A stretch of DNA of 64,000 nucleotides, taken from contig CAXHJY010001691.1 in the NCBI GenBank assembly GCA_964016885.1, positions 1 to 64,000 of the forward strand, in the 5' to 3' direction. How positions within the stretch are numbered: position 1 is the stretch's first letter; every line of letters begins with the position of its first letter. The translations under genes and the position numbers were made by a program. Positions 37,201 through 52,200 of this stretch are shown piece by piece. Origin of the DNA: Eledone cirrhosa (taxonomy: Eukaryota). The notes beneath the pieces are model-generated. The model saw nothing but the letters and a program-made list of their open reading frames with translations. It did no database searches and had not been told where the DNA came from.

Positions 37201-40200
37201 ATGTATCACTAGAGCTGATTCCAATTTTCCCAGCCAGCCATCCATCTAATCTACGAAGGTATTTTAGCCTACATATTGTCGTTAATATTATGATGTTCCC
37301 TGCTGTATTAGCGTTAAATTTTCCCTGCTGTATTAGCGATAAATTTTCGAGGGTTTCTCTTAGTAGTTTTTTTCATGACGTTATTATTGTTAATTTTACT
37401 GATGTAGTATTAACTTATTAACTTGGATATTTACCATGCGGTATTCTAATCCTATTGTATCTCTCTCAGTTATTTACCATGCGACCCTCAGTTCCTACCC
37501 CCCCCCCCTCTCTATGCACTTCTTTAAGGCTTACTACCCTGTCTTTAACCTAATTCATTCAATCTGAAAATATTGAAGAGATAAGACACTTTCCCATTCT
37601 TCTCTGCTAAAATGTATCACTAGAGCTGATTCCAATTTTCCCAGCCAGCCATCCATCTAATCTACGAAGGTATTTTAGCCTACATATTGTCGTTAATATT
37701 ATGATGTTCCCTGCTGTATTAGCGTTAAATTTTCCCTGCTGTATTAGCGATAAATTTTCGAGGGTTTCTCTTAGTAGTTTTTTTCATGACGTTATTATTG
37801 TTAATTTTACTGATGTAGTATTAACTTATTAACTTGGATATTTACCATGCGGTATTCTAATGCTATTGTATCTCTCTCAGTTATTTACCATGCGACCCTC
37901 AGTTCCTACCCTCCCCCCTCTCTATGCACTTCTTTAAGGCTTACTACCCTGTCTTTAACCTAATTCATTCAATCTGAAAATATTGAAGAGATAAGACACT
38001 TTCCCATTCTTCTCTGCTAAAATGTATCACTAGAGCTGATTCCAATTTTCCCAGCCAGCCATCCATCTAATCTACGAAGGTATTTTAGCCTACATATTGT
38101 CGTTAATATTATGATGTTCCCTGCTGTATTAGCGTTAAATTTTCCCTGCTGTATTAGCGATAAATTTTCGAGGGTTTCTCTTAGTAGTTTTTTTCATGAC
38201 GTTATTATTGTTAATTTTACTGATGTAGTATTAACTTATTAACTTGGATATTTACCATGCGGAATTCTAATCCTATTGTATCTCTCTCAGTTATTTACCA
38301 TGCGACCCTCAGTTCCTACCCTCCCCCCCTCTCTATGCACTTCTTTAAGGCTTACTACCCTGTCTTTAACCTAATTCATTCAATCTGAAAATATTGAAGA
38401 GATAAGACACTTTCCCATTCTTCTCTGCTAAAATGTATCACTAGAGCTGATTCCAATTTTCCCAGCCAGCCATCCATCTAATCTACGAAGGTATTTTAGC
38501 CTACATATTGTCGTTAATATTATGATGTTCCCTGCTGTATTAGCGTTAAATTTTCCCTGCTGTATTAGCGATAAATTTTCGAGGGTTTCTCTTAGTAGTT
38601 TTTTTCATGACGTTATTATTGTTAATTTTACTGATGTAGTATTAACTTATTAACTTGGATATTTACCATGCGGAATTCTAATCCTATTGTATCTCTCTCA
38701 GTTATTTACCATGCGACCCTCAGTTCCTACCCTCCCCCCCCCTCTCTATGCACTTCTTTAAGGCTTACTACCCTGTCTTTAACCTAATTCATTCAATCTG
38801 AAAATATTGAAGAGATAAGACACTTTCCCATTCTTCTCTGCTAAAATGTATCACTAGAGCTGATTCCAATTTTCCCAGCCAGCCATCCATCTAATCTACG
38901 AAGGTATTTTAGCCTACATATTGTCGTTAATATTATGATGTTCCCTGCTGTATTAGCGTTAAATTTTCCCTGCTGTATTAGCGATAAATTTTCGAGGGTT
39001 TCTCTTAGTAGTTTTTTTCATGACGTTATTATTGTTAATTTTACTGATGTAGTATTAACTTATTAACTTGGATATTTACCATGCGGTATTCTAATCCTAT
39101 TGTATCTCTCTCAGTTATTTACCATGCGACCCTCAGTTCCTACCCCCCCCCCCCTCTCTATGCACTTCTTTAAGGCTTACTACCCTGTCTTTAACCTAAT
39201 TCATTCAATCTGAAAATATTGAAGAGATAAGACACTTTCCCATTCTTCTCTGCTAAAATGTATCACTAGAGCTGATTCCAATTTTCCCAGCCAGCCATCC
39301 ATCTAATCTACGAAGGTATTTTAGCCTACATATTGTCGTTAATATTATGATGTTCCCTGCTGTATTAGCGTTAAATTTTCCCTGCTGTATTAGCGATAAA
39401 TTTTCGAGGGTTTCTCTTAGTAGTTTTTTTCATGACGTTATTATTGTTAATTTTACTGATGTAGTATTAACTTATTAACTTGGATATTTACCATGCGGTA
39501 TTCTAATCCTATTGTATCTCTCTCAGTTATTTACCATGCGACCCTCAGTTCCTACCCTCCCCCCCCTCTCTATGCACTTCTTTAAGGCTTACTACCCTGT
39601 CTTTAACCTAATTCATTCAATCTGAAAATATTGAAGAGATAAGACACTTTCCCATTCTTCTCTGCTAAAATGTATCACTAGAGCTGATTCCAATTTTCCC
39701 AGCCAGCCATCCATCTAATCTACGAAGGTATTTTAGCCTACATATTGTCGTTAATATTATGATGTTCCCTGCTGTATTAGCGTTAAATTTTCCCTGCTGT
39801 ATTAGCGATAAATTTTCGAGGGTTTCTCTTAGTAGTTTTTTTCATGACGTTATTATTGTTAATTTTACTGATGTAGTATTAACTTATTAACTTGGATATT
39901 TACCATGCGGTATTCTAATCCTATTGTATCTCTCTCAGTTATTTACCATGCGACCCTCAGTTCCTACCCTCCCCCCCCTCTCTATGCACTTCTTTAAGGC
40001 TTACTACCCTGTCTTTAACCTAATTCATTCAATCTGAAAATATTGAAGAGATAAGACACTTTCCCATTCTTCTCTGCTAAAATGTATCACTAGAGCTGAT
40101 TCCAATTTTCCCAGCCAGCCATCCATCTAATCTACGAAGGTATTTTAGCCTACATATTGTCGTTAATATTATGATGTTCCCTGCTGTATTAGCGTTAAAT

Positions 40201-43200
40201 TTTCCCTGCTGTATTAGCGATAAATTTTCGAGGGTTTCTCTTAGTAGTTTTTTTCATGACGTTATTATTGTTAATTTTACTGATGTAGTATTAACTTATT
40301 AACTTGGATATTTACCATGCGGAATTCTAATCCTATTGTATCTCTCTCAGTTATTTACCATGCGACCCTCAGTTCCTACCCTCCCCCCCCTCTCTATGCA
40401 CTTCTTTAAGGCTTACTACCCTGTCTTTAACCTAATTCATTCAATCTGAAAATATTGAAGAGATAAGACACTTTCCCATTCTTCTCTGCTAAAATGTATC
40501 ACTAGAGCTGATTCCAATTTTCCCAGCCAGCCATCCATCTAATCTACGAAGGTATTTTAGCCTACATATTGTCGTTAATATTATGATGTTCCCTGCTGTA
40601 TTAGCGTTAAATTTTCCCTGCTGTATTAGCGATAAATTTTCGAGGGTTTCTCTTAGTAGTTTTTTTCATGACGTTATTATTGTTAATTTTACTGATGTAG
40701 TATTAACTTATTAACTTGGATATTTACCATGCGGAATTCTAATCCTATTGTATCTCTCTCAGTTATTTACCATGCGACCCTCAGTTCCTACCCTCCCCCC
40801 CCCCCTCTCTATGCACTTCTTTAAGGCTTACTACCCTGTCTTTAACCTAATTCATTCAATCTGAAAATATTGAAGAGATAAGACACTTTCCCATTCTTCT
40901 CTGCTAAAATGTATCACTAGAGCTGATTCCAATTTTCCCAGCCAGCCATCCATCTAATCTACGAAGGTATTTTAGCCTACATATTGTCGTTAATATTATG
41001 ATGTTCCCTGCTGTATTAGCGTTAAATTTTCCCTGCTGTATTAGCGATAAATTTTCGAGGGTTTCTCTTAGTAGTTTTTTTCATGACGTTATTATTGTTA
41101 ATTTTACTGATGTAGTATTAACTTATTAACTTGGATATTTACCATGCGGTATTCTAATCCTATTGTATCTCTCTCAGTTATTTACCATGCGACCCTCAGT
41201 TCCTACCCCCCCCCCCCCTCTCTATGCACTTCTTTAAGGCTTACTACCCTGTCTTTAACCTAATTCATTCAATCTGAAAATATTGAAGAGATAAGACACT
41301 TTCCCATTCTTCTCTGCTAAAATGTATCACTAGAGCTGATTCCAATTTTCCCAGCCAGCCATCCATCTAATCTACGAAGGTATTTTAGCCTACATATTGT
41401 CGTTAATATTATGATGTTCCCTGCTGTATTAGCGTTAAATTTTCCCTGCTGTATTAGCGATAAATTTTCGAGGGTTTCTCTTAGTAGTTTTTTTCATGAC
41501 GTTATTATTGTTAATTTTACTGATGTAGTATTAACTTATTAACTTGGATATTTACCATGCGGTATTCTAATCCTATTGTATCTCTCTCAGTTATTTACCA
41601 TGCGACCCTCAGTTCCTACCCTCCCCCCCCTCTCTATGCACTTCTTTAAGGCTTACTACCCTGTCTTTAACCTAATTCATTCAATCTGAAAATATTGAAG
41701 AGATAAGACACTTTCCCATTCTTCTCTGCTAAAATGTATCACTAGAGCTGATTCCAATTTTCCCAGCCAGCCATCCATCTAATCTACGAAGGTATTTTAG
41801 CCTACATATTGTCGTTAATATTATGATGTTCCCTGCTGTATTAGCGTTAAATTTTCCCTGCTGTATTAGCGATAAATTTTCGAGGGTTTCTCTTAGTAGT
41901 TTTTTTCATGACGTTATTATTGTTAATTTTACTGATGTAGTATTAACTTATTAACTTGGATATTTACCATGCGGTATTCTAATCCTATTGTATCTCTCTC
42001 AGTTATTTACCATGCGACCCTCAGTTCCTACCCTCCCCCCCTCTCTATGCACTTCTTTAAGGCTTACTACCCTGTCTTTAACCTAATTCATTCAATCTGA
42101 AAATATTGAAGAGATAAGACACTTTCCCATTCTTCTCTGCTAAAATGTATCACTAGAGCTGATTCCAATTTTCCCAGCCAGCCATCCATCTAATCTACGA
42201 AGGTATTTTAGCCTACATATTGTCGTTAATATTATGATGTTCCCTGCTGTATTAGCGTTAAATTTTCCCTGCTGTATTAGCGATAAATTTTCGAGGGTTT
42301 CTCTTAGTAGTTTTTTTCATGACGTTATTATTGTTAATTTTACTGATGTAGTATTAACTTATTAACTTGGATATTTACCATGCGGTATTCTAATCCTATT
42401 GTATCTCTCTCAGTTATTTACCATGCGAGCCTCAGTTCCTACCCCCCCCCTCTCTATGCACTTCTTTAAGGCTTACTACCCTGTCTTTAACCTAATTCAT
42501 TCAATCTGAAAATATTGAAGAGATAAGACACTTTCCCATTCTTCTCTGCTAAAATGTATCACTAGAGCTGATTCCAATTTTCCCAGCCAGCCATCCATCT
42601 AATCTACGAAGGTATTTTAGCCTACATATTGTCGTTAATATTATGATGTTCCCTGCTGTATTAGCGTTAAATTTTCCCTGCTGTATTAGCGATAAATTTT
42701 CGAGGGTTTCTCTTAGTAGTTTTTTTCATGACGTTATTATTGTTAATTTTACTGATGTAGTATTAACTTATTAACTTGGATATTTACCATGCGGTATTCT
42801 AATCCTATTGTATCTCTCTCAGTTATTTACCATGCGACCCTCAGTTCCTACCCCCCCCCCCCTCTCTATGCACTTCTTTAAGGCTTACTACCCTGTCTTT
42901 AACCTAATTCATTCAATCTGAAAATATTGAAGAGATAAGACACTTTCCCATTCTTCTCTGCTAAAATGTATCACTAGAGCTGATTCCAATTTTCCCAGCC
43001 AGCCATCCATCTAATCTACGAAGGTATTTTAGCCTACATATTGTCGTTAATATTATGATGTTCCCTGCTGTATTAGCGTTAAATTTTCCCTGCTGTATTA
43101 GCGATAAATTTTCGAGGGTTTCTCTTAGTAGTTTTTTCATGACGTTATTATTGTTAATTTTACTGATGTAGTATTAACTTATTAACTTGGATATTTACCA

Positions 43201-46200
43201 TGCGGTATTCTAATGCTATTGTATCTCTCTCAGTTATTTACCATGCGACCCTCAGTTCCTACCCTCCCCCCTCTCTATGCACTTCTTTAAGGCTTACTAC
43301 CCTGTCTTTAACCTAATTCATTCAATCTGAAAATATTGAAGAGATAAGACACTTTCCCATTCTTCTCTGCTAAAATGTATCACTAGAGCTGATTCCAATT
43401 TTCCCAGCCAGCCATCCATCTAATCTACGAAGGTATTTTAGCCTACATATTGTCGTTAATATTATGATGTTCCCTGCTGTATTAGCGTTAAATTTTCCCT
43501 GCTGTATTAGCGATAAATTTTCGAGGGTTTCTCTTAGTAGTTTTTTTCATGACGTTATTATTGTTAATTTTACTGATGTAGTATTAACTTATTAACTTGG
43601 ATATTTACCATGCGGAATTCTAATCCTATTGTATCTCTCTCAGTTATTTACCATGCGACCCTCAGTTCCTACCCTCCCCCCCTCTCTATGCACTTCTTTA
43701 AGGCTTACTACCCTGTCTTTAACCTAATTCATTCAATCTGAAAATATTGAAGAGATAAGACACTTTCCCATTCTTCTCTGCTAAAATGTATCACTAGAGC
43801 TGATTCCAATTTTCCCAGCCAGCCATCCATCTAATCTACGAAGGTATTTTAGCCTACATATTGTCGTTAATATTATGATGTTCCCTGCTGTATTAGCGTT
43901 AAATTTTCCCTGCTGTATTAGCGATAAATTTTCGAGGGTTTCTCTTAGTAGTTTTTTTCATGACGTTATTATTGTTAATTTTACTGATGTAGTATTAACT
44001 TATTAACTTGGATATTTACCATGCGGAATTCTAATCCTATTGTATCTCTCTCAGTTATTTACCATGCGACCCTCAGTTCCTACCCTCCCCCCCCCTCTCT
44101 ATGCACTTCTTTAAGGCTTACTACCCTGTCTTTAACCTAATTCATTCAATCTGAAAATATTGAAGAGATAAGACACTTTCCCATTCTTCTCTGCTAAAAT
44201 GTATCACTAGAGCTGATTCCAATTTTCCCAGCCAGCCAGCCATCTAATCTACGAAGGTATTTTAGCCTACATATTGTCGTTAATATTATGATGTTCCCTG
44301 CTGTATTAGCGTTAAATTTTCCCTGCTGTATTAGCGATAAATTTTCGAGGGTTTCTCTTAGTAGTTTTTTTCATGACGTTATTATTGTTAATTTTACTGA
44401 TGTAGTATTAACTTATTAACTTGGATATTTACCATGCGGTATTCTAATCCTATTGTATCTCTCTCAGTTACTTACCATGCGACCCTCAGTTCCTACCCCG
44501 CCCCCTCTCTATGCACTTCTTTAAGGCTTACTACCCTGTCTTTAACCTAATTCATTCAATCTGAAAATATTGAAGAGATAAGACACTTTCCCATTCTTCT
44601 CTGCTAAAATGTATCACTAGAGCTGATTCCAATTTTCCCAGCCAGCCATCCATCTAATCTACGAAGGTATTTTAGCCTACATATTGTCGTTAATATTATG
44701 ATGTTCCCTGCTGTATTAGCGTTAAATTTTCCCTGCTGTATTAGCGATAAATTTTCGAGGGTTTCTCTTAGTAGTTTTTTTCATGACGTTATTATTGTTA
44801 ATTTTACTGATGTAGTATTAACTTATTAACTTGAATATTTACCATGCGGAATTCTAATCCTATTGTATCTCTCTCAGTTATTTACCATGCGACCCTCAGT
44901 TCCTACCCTCCCCCCCTCTCTATGCACTTCTTTAAGGCTTACTACCCTGTCTTTAACCTAATTCATTCAATCTGAAAATATTGAAGAGATAAGACACTTT
45001 CCCATTCTTCTCTGCTAAAATGTATCACTAGAGCTGATTCCAATTTTCCCAGCCAGCCATCCATCTAATCTACGAAGGTATTTTAGCCTACATATTGTCG
45101 TTAATATTATGATGTTCCCTGCTGTATTAGCGTTAAATTTTCCCTGCTGTATTAGCGATAAATTTTCGAGGGTTTCTCTTAGTAGTTTTTTTCATGACGT
45201 TATTATTGTTAATTTTACTGATGTAGTATTAACTTATTAACTTGGATATTTACCATGCGGTATTCTAATCCTATTGTATCTCTCTCAGTTATTTACCATG
45301 CGACCCTCAGTTCCTACCCCGCCCCCTCTCTATGCACTTCTTTAAGGCTTACTACCCTGTCTTTAACCTAATTCATTCAATCTGAAAATATTGAAGAGAT
45401 AAGACACTTTCCCATTCTTCTCTGCTAAAATGTATCACTAGAGCTGATTCCAATTTTCCCAGCCAGCCATCCATCTAATCTACGAAGGTATTTTAGCCTA
45501 CATATTGTCGTTAATATTATGATGTTCCCTGCTGTATTAGCGTTAAATTTTCCCTGCTGTATTAGCGATAAATTTTCGAGGGTTTCTCTTAGTAGTTTTT
45601 TTCATGACGTTATTATTGTTAATTTTACTGATGTAGTATTAACTTATTAACTTGGATATTTACCATGCGGAATTCTAATCCTATTGTATCTCTCTCAGTT
45701 ATTTACCATGCGACCCTCAGTTCCTACCCTCCCCCCCTCTCTATGCACTTCTTTAAGGCTTACTACCCTGTCTTTAACCTAATTCATTCAATCTGAAAAT
45801 ATTGAAGAGATAAGACACTTTCCCATTCTTCTCTGCTAAAATGTATCACTAGAGCTGATTCCAATTTTCCCAGCCAGCCATCCATCTAATCTACGAAGGT
45901 ATTTTAGCCTACATATTGTCGTTAATATTATGATGTTCCCTGCTGTATTAGCGTTAAATTTTCCCTGCTGTATTAGCGATAAATTTTCGAGGGTTTCTCT
46001 TAGTAGTTTTTTTCATGACGTTATTATTGTTAATTTTACTGATGTAGTATTAACTTATTAACTTGGATATTTACCATGCGGAATTCTAATCCTATTGTAT
46101 CTCTCTCAGTTATTTACCATGCGACCCTCAGTTCCTACCCTCCCCCCCTCTCTATGCACTTCTTTAAGGCTTACTACCCTGTCTTTAACCTAATTCATTC

Positions 46201-49200
46201 AATCTGAAAATATTGAAGAGATAAGACACTTTCCCATTCTTCTCTGCTAAAATGTATCACTAGAGCTGATTCCAATTTTCCCAGCCAGCCAGCCATCTAA
46301 TCTACGAAGGTATTTTAGCCTACATATTGTCGTTAATATTATGATGTTCCCTGCTGTATTAGCGTTAAATTTTCCCTGCTGTATTAGCGATAAATTTTCG
46401 AGGGTTTCTCTTAGTAGTTTTTTTCATGACGTTATTATTGTTAATTTTACTGATGTAGTATTAACTTATTAACTTGGATATTTACCATGCGGTATTCTAA
46501 TCCTATTGTATCTCTCTCAGTTATTTACCATGCGACCCTCAGTTCCTACCCCGCCCCCTCTCTATGCACTTCTTTAAGGCTTACTACCCTGTCTTTAACC
46601 TAATTCATTCAATCTGAAAATATTGAAGAGATAAGACACTTTCCCATTCTTCTCTGCTAAAATGTATCACTAGAGCTGATTCCAATTTTCCCAGCCAGCC
46701 ATCCATCTAATCTACGAAGGTATTTTAGCCTACATATTGTCGTTAATATTATGATGTTCCCTGCTGTATTAGCGTTAAATTTTCCCTGCTGTATTAGCGA
46801 TAAATTTTCGAGGGTTTCTCTTAGTAGTTTTTTTCATGACGTTATTATTGTTAATTTTACTGATGTAGTATTAACTTATTAACTTGAATATTTACCATGC
46901 GGAATTCTAATCCTATTGTATCTCTCTCAGTTATTTACCATGCGACCCTCAGTTCCTACCCTCCCCCCTCTCTATGCATTTCTTTAAGGCTTACTACCCT
47001 GTCTTTAACCTAATTCATTCAATCTGAAAATATTGAAGAGATAAGACACTTTCCCATTCTTCTCTGCTAAAATGTATCACTAGAGCTGATTCCAATTTTC
47101 CCAGCCAGCCATCCATCTAATCTACGAAGGTATTTTAGCCTACATATTGTCGTTAATATTATGATGTTCCCTGCTGTATTAGCGTTAAATTTTCCCTGCT
47201 GTATTAGCGATAAATTTTCGAGGGTTTCTCTTAGTAGTTTTTTTCATGACGTTATTATTGTTAATTTTACTGATGTAGTATTAACTTATTAACTTGGATA
47301 TTTACCATGCGGTATTCTAATCCTATTGTATCTCTCTCAGTTATTTACCATGCGACCCTCAGTTCCTACCCCGCCCCCTCTCTATGCACTTCTTTAAGGC
47401 TTACTACCCTGTCTTTAACCTAATTCATTCAATCTGAAAATATTGAAGAGATAAGACACTTTCCCATTCTTCTCTGCTAAAATGTATCACTAGAGCTGAT
47501 TCCAATTTTCCCAGCCAGCCAGCCATCTAATCTACGAAGGTATTTTAGCCTACATATTGTCGTTAATATTATGATGTTCCCTGCTGTATTAGCGTTAAAT
47601 TTTCCCTGCTGTATTAGCGATAAATTTTCGAGGGTTTCTCTTAGTAGTTTTTTTCATGACGTTATTATTGTTAATTTTACTGATGTAGTATTAACTTATT
47701 AACTTGGATATTTACCATGCGGTATTCTAATCCTATTGTATCTCTCTCATTTATTTACCATGCGACCCTCAGTTCCTACCCTCCCCCCCTCTCTATGCAC
47801 TTCTTTAAGGCTTACTACCCTGTCTTTAACCTAATTCATTCAATCTGAAAATATTGAAGAGATAAGACACTTTCCCATTCTTCTCTGCTAAAATGTATCA
47901 CTAGAGCTGATTCCAATTTTCCCAGCCAGCCATCCATCTAATCTACGAAGGTATTTTAGCCTACATATTGTCGTTAATATTATGATGTTCCCTGCTGTAT
48001 TAGCGTTAAATTTTCCCTGCTGTATTAGCGATAAATTTTCGAGGGTTTCTCTTAGTAGTTTTTTTCATGACGTTATTATTGTTAATTTTACTGATGTAGT
48101 ATTAACTTATTAACTTGGATATTTACCATGCGGTATTCTAATCCTATTGTATCTCTCTCAGTTATTTACCATGCGACCCTCAGTTCCTACCCTCCCCCCC
48201 CCTCTCTATGCACTTCTTTAAGGCTTACTACCCTGTCTTTAACCTAATTCATTCAATCTGAAAATATTGAAGAGATAAGACACTTTCCCATTCTTCTCTG
48301 CTAAAATGTATCACTAGAGCTGATTCCAATTTTCCCAGCCAGCCATCCATCTAATCTACGAAGGTATTTTAGCCTACATATTGTCGTTAATATTATGATG
48401 TTCCCTGCTGTATTAGCGTTAAATTTTCCCTGCTGTATTAGCGATAAATTTTCGAGGGTTTCTCTTAGTAGTTTTTTTCATGACGTTATTATTGTTAATT
48501 TTACTGATGTAGTATTAACTTATTAACTTGGATATTTACCATGCGGTATTCTAATCCTATTGTATCTCTCTCAGTTATTTACCATGCGACCCTCAGTTCC
48601 TACCCCGCCCCCTCTCTATGCACTTCTTTAAGGCTTACTACCCTGTCTTTAACCTAATTCATTCAATCTGAAAATATTGAAGAGATAAGACACTTTCCCA
48701 TTCTTCTCTGCTAAAATGTATCACTAGAGCTGATTCCAATTTTCCCAGCCAGCCATCCATCTAATCTACGAAGGTATTTTAGCCTACATATTGTCGTTAA
48801 TATTATGATGTTCCCTGCTGTATTAGCGTTAAATTTTCCCTGCTGTATTAGCGATAAATTTTCGAGGGTTTCTCTTAGTAGTTTTTTTCATGACGTTATT
48901 ATTGTTAATTTTACTGATGTAGTATTAACTTATTAACTTGGATATTTACCATGCGGTATTCTAATCCTATTGTATCTCTCTCAGTTATTTACCATGCGAC
49001 CCTCAGTTCCTACCCCGCCCCCTCTCTATGCACTTCTTTAAGGCTTACTACCCTGTCTTTAACCTAATTCATTCAATCTGAAAATATTGAAGAGATAAGA
49101 CACTTTCCCATTCTTCTCTGCTAAAATGTATCACTAGAGCTGATTCCAATTTTCCCAGCCAGCCATCCATCTAATCTACGAAGGTATTTTAGCCTACATA

Positions 49201-52200
49201 TTGTCGTTAATATTATGATGTTCCCTGCTGTATTAGCGTTAAATTTTCCCTGCTGTATTAGCGATAAATTTTCGAGGGTTTCTCTTAGTAGTTTTTTTCA
49301 TGACGTTATTATTGTTAATTTTACTGATGTAGTATTAACTTATTAACTTGGATATTTACCATGCGGAATTCTAATCCTATTGTATCTCTCTCAGTTATTT
49401 ACCATGCGACCCTCAGTTCCTACCCTCCCCCCCTCTCTATGCACTTCTTTAAGGCTTACTACCCTGTCTTTAACCTAATTCATTCAATCTGAAAATATTG
49501 AAGAGATAAGACACTTTCCCATTCTTCTCTGCTAAAATGTATCACTAGAGCTGATTCCAATTTTCCCAGCCAGCCATCCATCTAATCTACGAAGGTATTT
49601 TAGCCTACATATTGTCGTTAATATTATGATGTTCCCTGCTGTATTAGCGTTAAATTTTCCCTGCTGTATTAGCGATAAATTTTCGAGGGTTTCTCTTAGT
49701 AGTTTTTTTCATGACGTTATTATTGTTAATTTTACTGATGTAGTATTAACTTATTAACTTGAATATTTACCATGCGGAATTCTAATCCTATTGTATCTCT
49801 CTCAGTTATTTACCATGCGACCCTCAGTTCCTACCCTCCCCCCCTCTCTATGCACTTCTTTAAGGCTTACTACCCTGTCTTTAACCTAATTCATTCAATC
49901 TGAAAATATTGAAGAGATAAGACACTTTCCCATTCTTCTCTGCTAAAATGTATCACTAGAGCTGATTCCAATTTTCCCAGCCAGCCATCCATCTAATCTA
50001 CGAAGGTATTTTAGCCTACATATTGTCGTTAATATTATGATGTTCCCTGCTGTATTAGCGTTAAATTTTCCCTGCTGTATTAGCGATAAATTTTCGAGGG
50101 TTTCTCTTAGTAGTTTTTTTCATGACGTTATTATTGTTAATTTTACTGATGTAGTATTAACTTATTAACTTGGATATTTACCATGCGGTATTCTAATCCT
50201 ATTGTATCTCTCTCAGTTATTTACCATGCGACCCTCAGTTCCTACCCCGCCCCCCTCTCTATGCACTTCTTTAAGGCTTACTACCCTGTCTTTAACCTAA
50301 TTCATTCAATCTGAAAATATTGAAGAGATAAGACACTTTCCCATTCTTCTCTGCTAAAATGTATCACTAGAGCTGATTCCAATTTTCCCAGCCAGCCATC
50401 CATCTAATCTACGAAGGTATTTTAGCCTACATATTGTCGTTAATATTATGATGTTCCCTGCTGTATTAGCGTTAAATTTTCCCTGCTGTATTAGCGATAA
50501 ATTTTCGAGGGTTTCTCTTAGTAGTTTTTTTCATGACGTTATTATTGTTAATTTTACTGATGTAGTATTAACTTATTAACTTGGATATTTACCATGCGGA
50601 ATTCTAATCCTATTGTATCTCTCTCAGTTATTTACCATGCGACCCTCAGTTCCTACCCTCCCCCCCTCTCTATGCACTTCTTTAATGCTTACTACCCTGT
50701 CTTTAACCTAATTCATTCAATCTGAAAATATTGAAGAGATAAGACACTTTCCCATTCTTCTCTGCTAAAATGTATCACTAGAGCTGATTCCAATTTTCCC
50801 AGCCAGCCATCCATCTAATCTACGAAGGTATTTTAGCCTACATATTGTCGTTAATATTATGATGTTCCCTGCTGTATTAGCGTTAAATTTTCCCTGCTGT
50901 ATTAGCGATAAATTTTCGAGGGTTTCTCTTAGTAGTTTTTTTCATGACGTTATTATTGTTAATTTTACTGATGTAGTATTAACTTATTAACTTGGATATT
51001 TACCATGCGGTATTCTAATCCTATTGTATCTCTCTCAGTTATTTACCATGCGACCCTCAGTTCCTACCCCGCCCCCTCTCTATGCACTTCTTTAAGGCTT
51101 ACTACCCTGTCTTTAACCTAATTCATTCAATCTGAAAATATTGAAGAGATAAGACACTTTCCCATTCTTCTCTGCTAAAATGTATCACTAGAGCTGATTC
51201 CAATTTTCCCAGCCAGCCATCCATCTAATCTACGAAGGTATTTTAGCCTACATATTGTCGTTAATATTATGATGTTCCCTGCTGTATTAGCGTTAAATTT
51301 TCCCTGCTGTATTAGCGATAAATTTTCGAGGGTTTCTCTTAGTAGTTTTTTTCATGACGTTATTATTGTTAATTTTACTGATGTAGTATTAACTTATTAA
51401 CTTGGATATTTACCATGCGGAATTCTAATCCTATTGTATCTCTCTCAGTTATTTACCATGCGACCCTCAGTTCCTACCCTCCCCCCCTCTCTATGCACTT
51501 CTTTAATGCTTACTACCCTGTCTTTAACCTAATTCATTCAATCTGAAAATATTGAAGAGATAAGACACTTTCCCATTCTTCTCTGCTAAAATGTATCACT
51601 AGAGCTGATTCCAATTTTCCCAGCCAGCCATCCATCTAATCTACGAAGGTATTTTAGCCTACATATTGTCGTTAATATTATGATGTTCCCTGCTGTATTA
51701 GCGTTAAATTTTCCCTGCTGTATTAGCGATAAATTTTCGAGGGTTTCTCTTAGTAGTTTTTTTCATGACGTTATTATTGTTAATTTTACTGATGTAGTAT
51801 TAACTTATTAACTTGGATATTTACCATGCGGAATTCTAATCCTATTGTATCTCTCTCAGTTATTTACCATGCGACCCTCAGTTCCTACCCTCCCCCCCCT
51901 CTCTATGCACTTCTTTAAGGCTTACTACCCTGTCTTTAACCTAATTCATTCAATCTGAAAATATTGAAGAGATAAGACACTTTCCCATTCTTCTCTGCTA
52001 AAATGTATCACTAGAGCTGATTCCAATTTTCCCAGCCAGCCAGCCATCTAATCTACGAAGGTATTTTAGCCTACATATTGTCGTTAATATTATGATGTTC
52101 CCTGCTGTATTAGCGTTAAATTTTCCCTGCTGTATTAGCGATAAATTTTCGAGGGTTTCTCTTAGTAGTTTTTTTCATGACGTTATTATTGTTAATTTTA

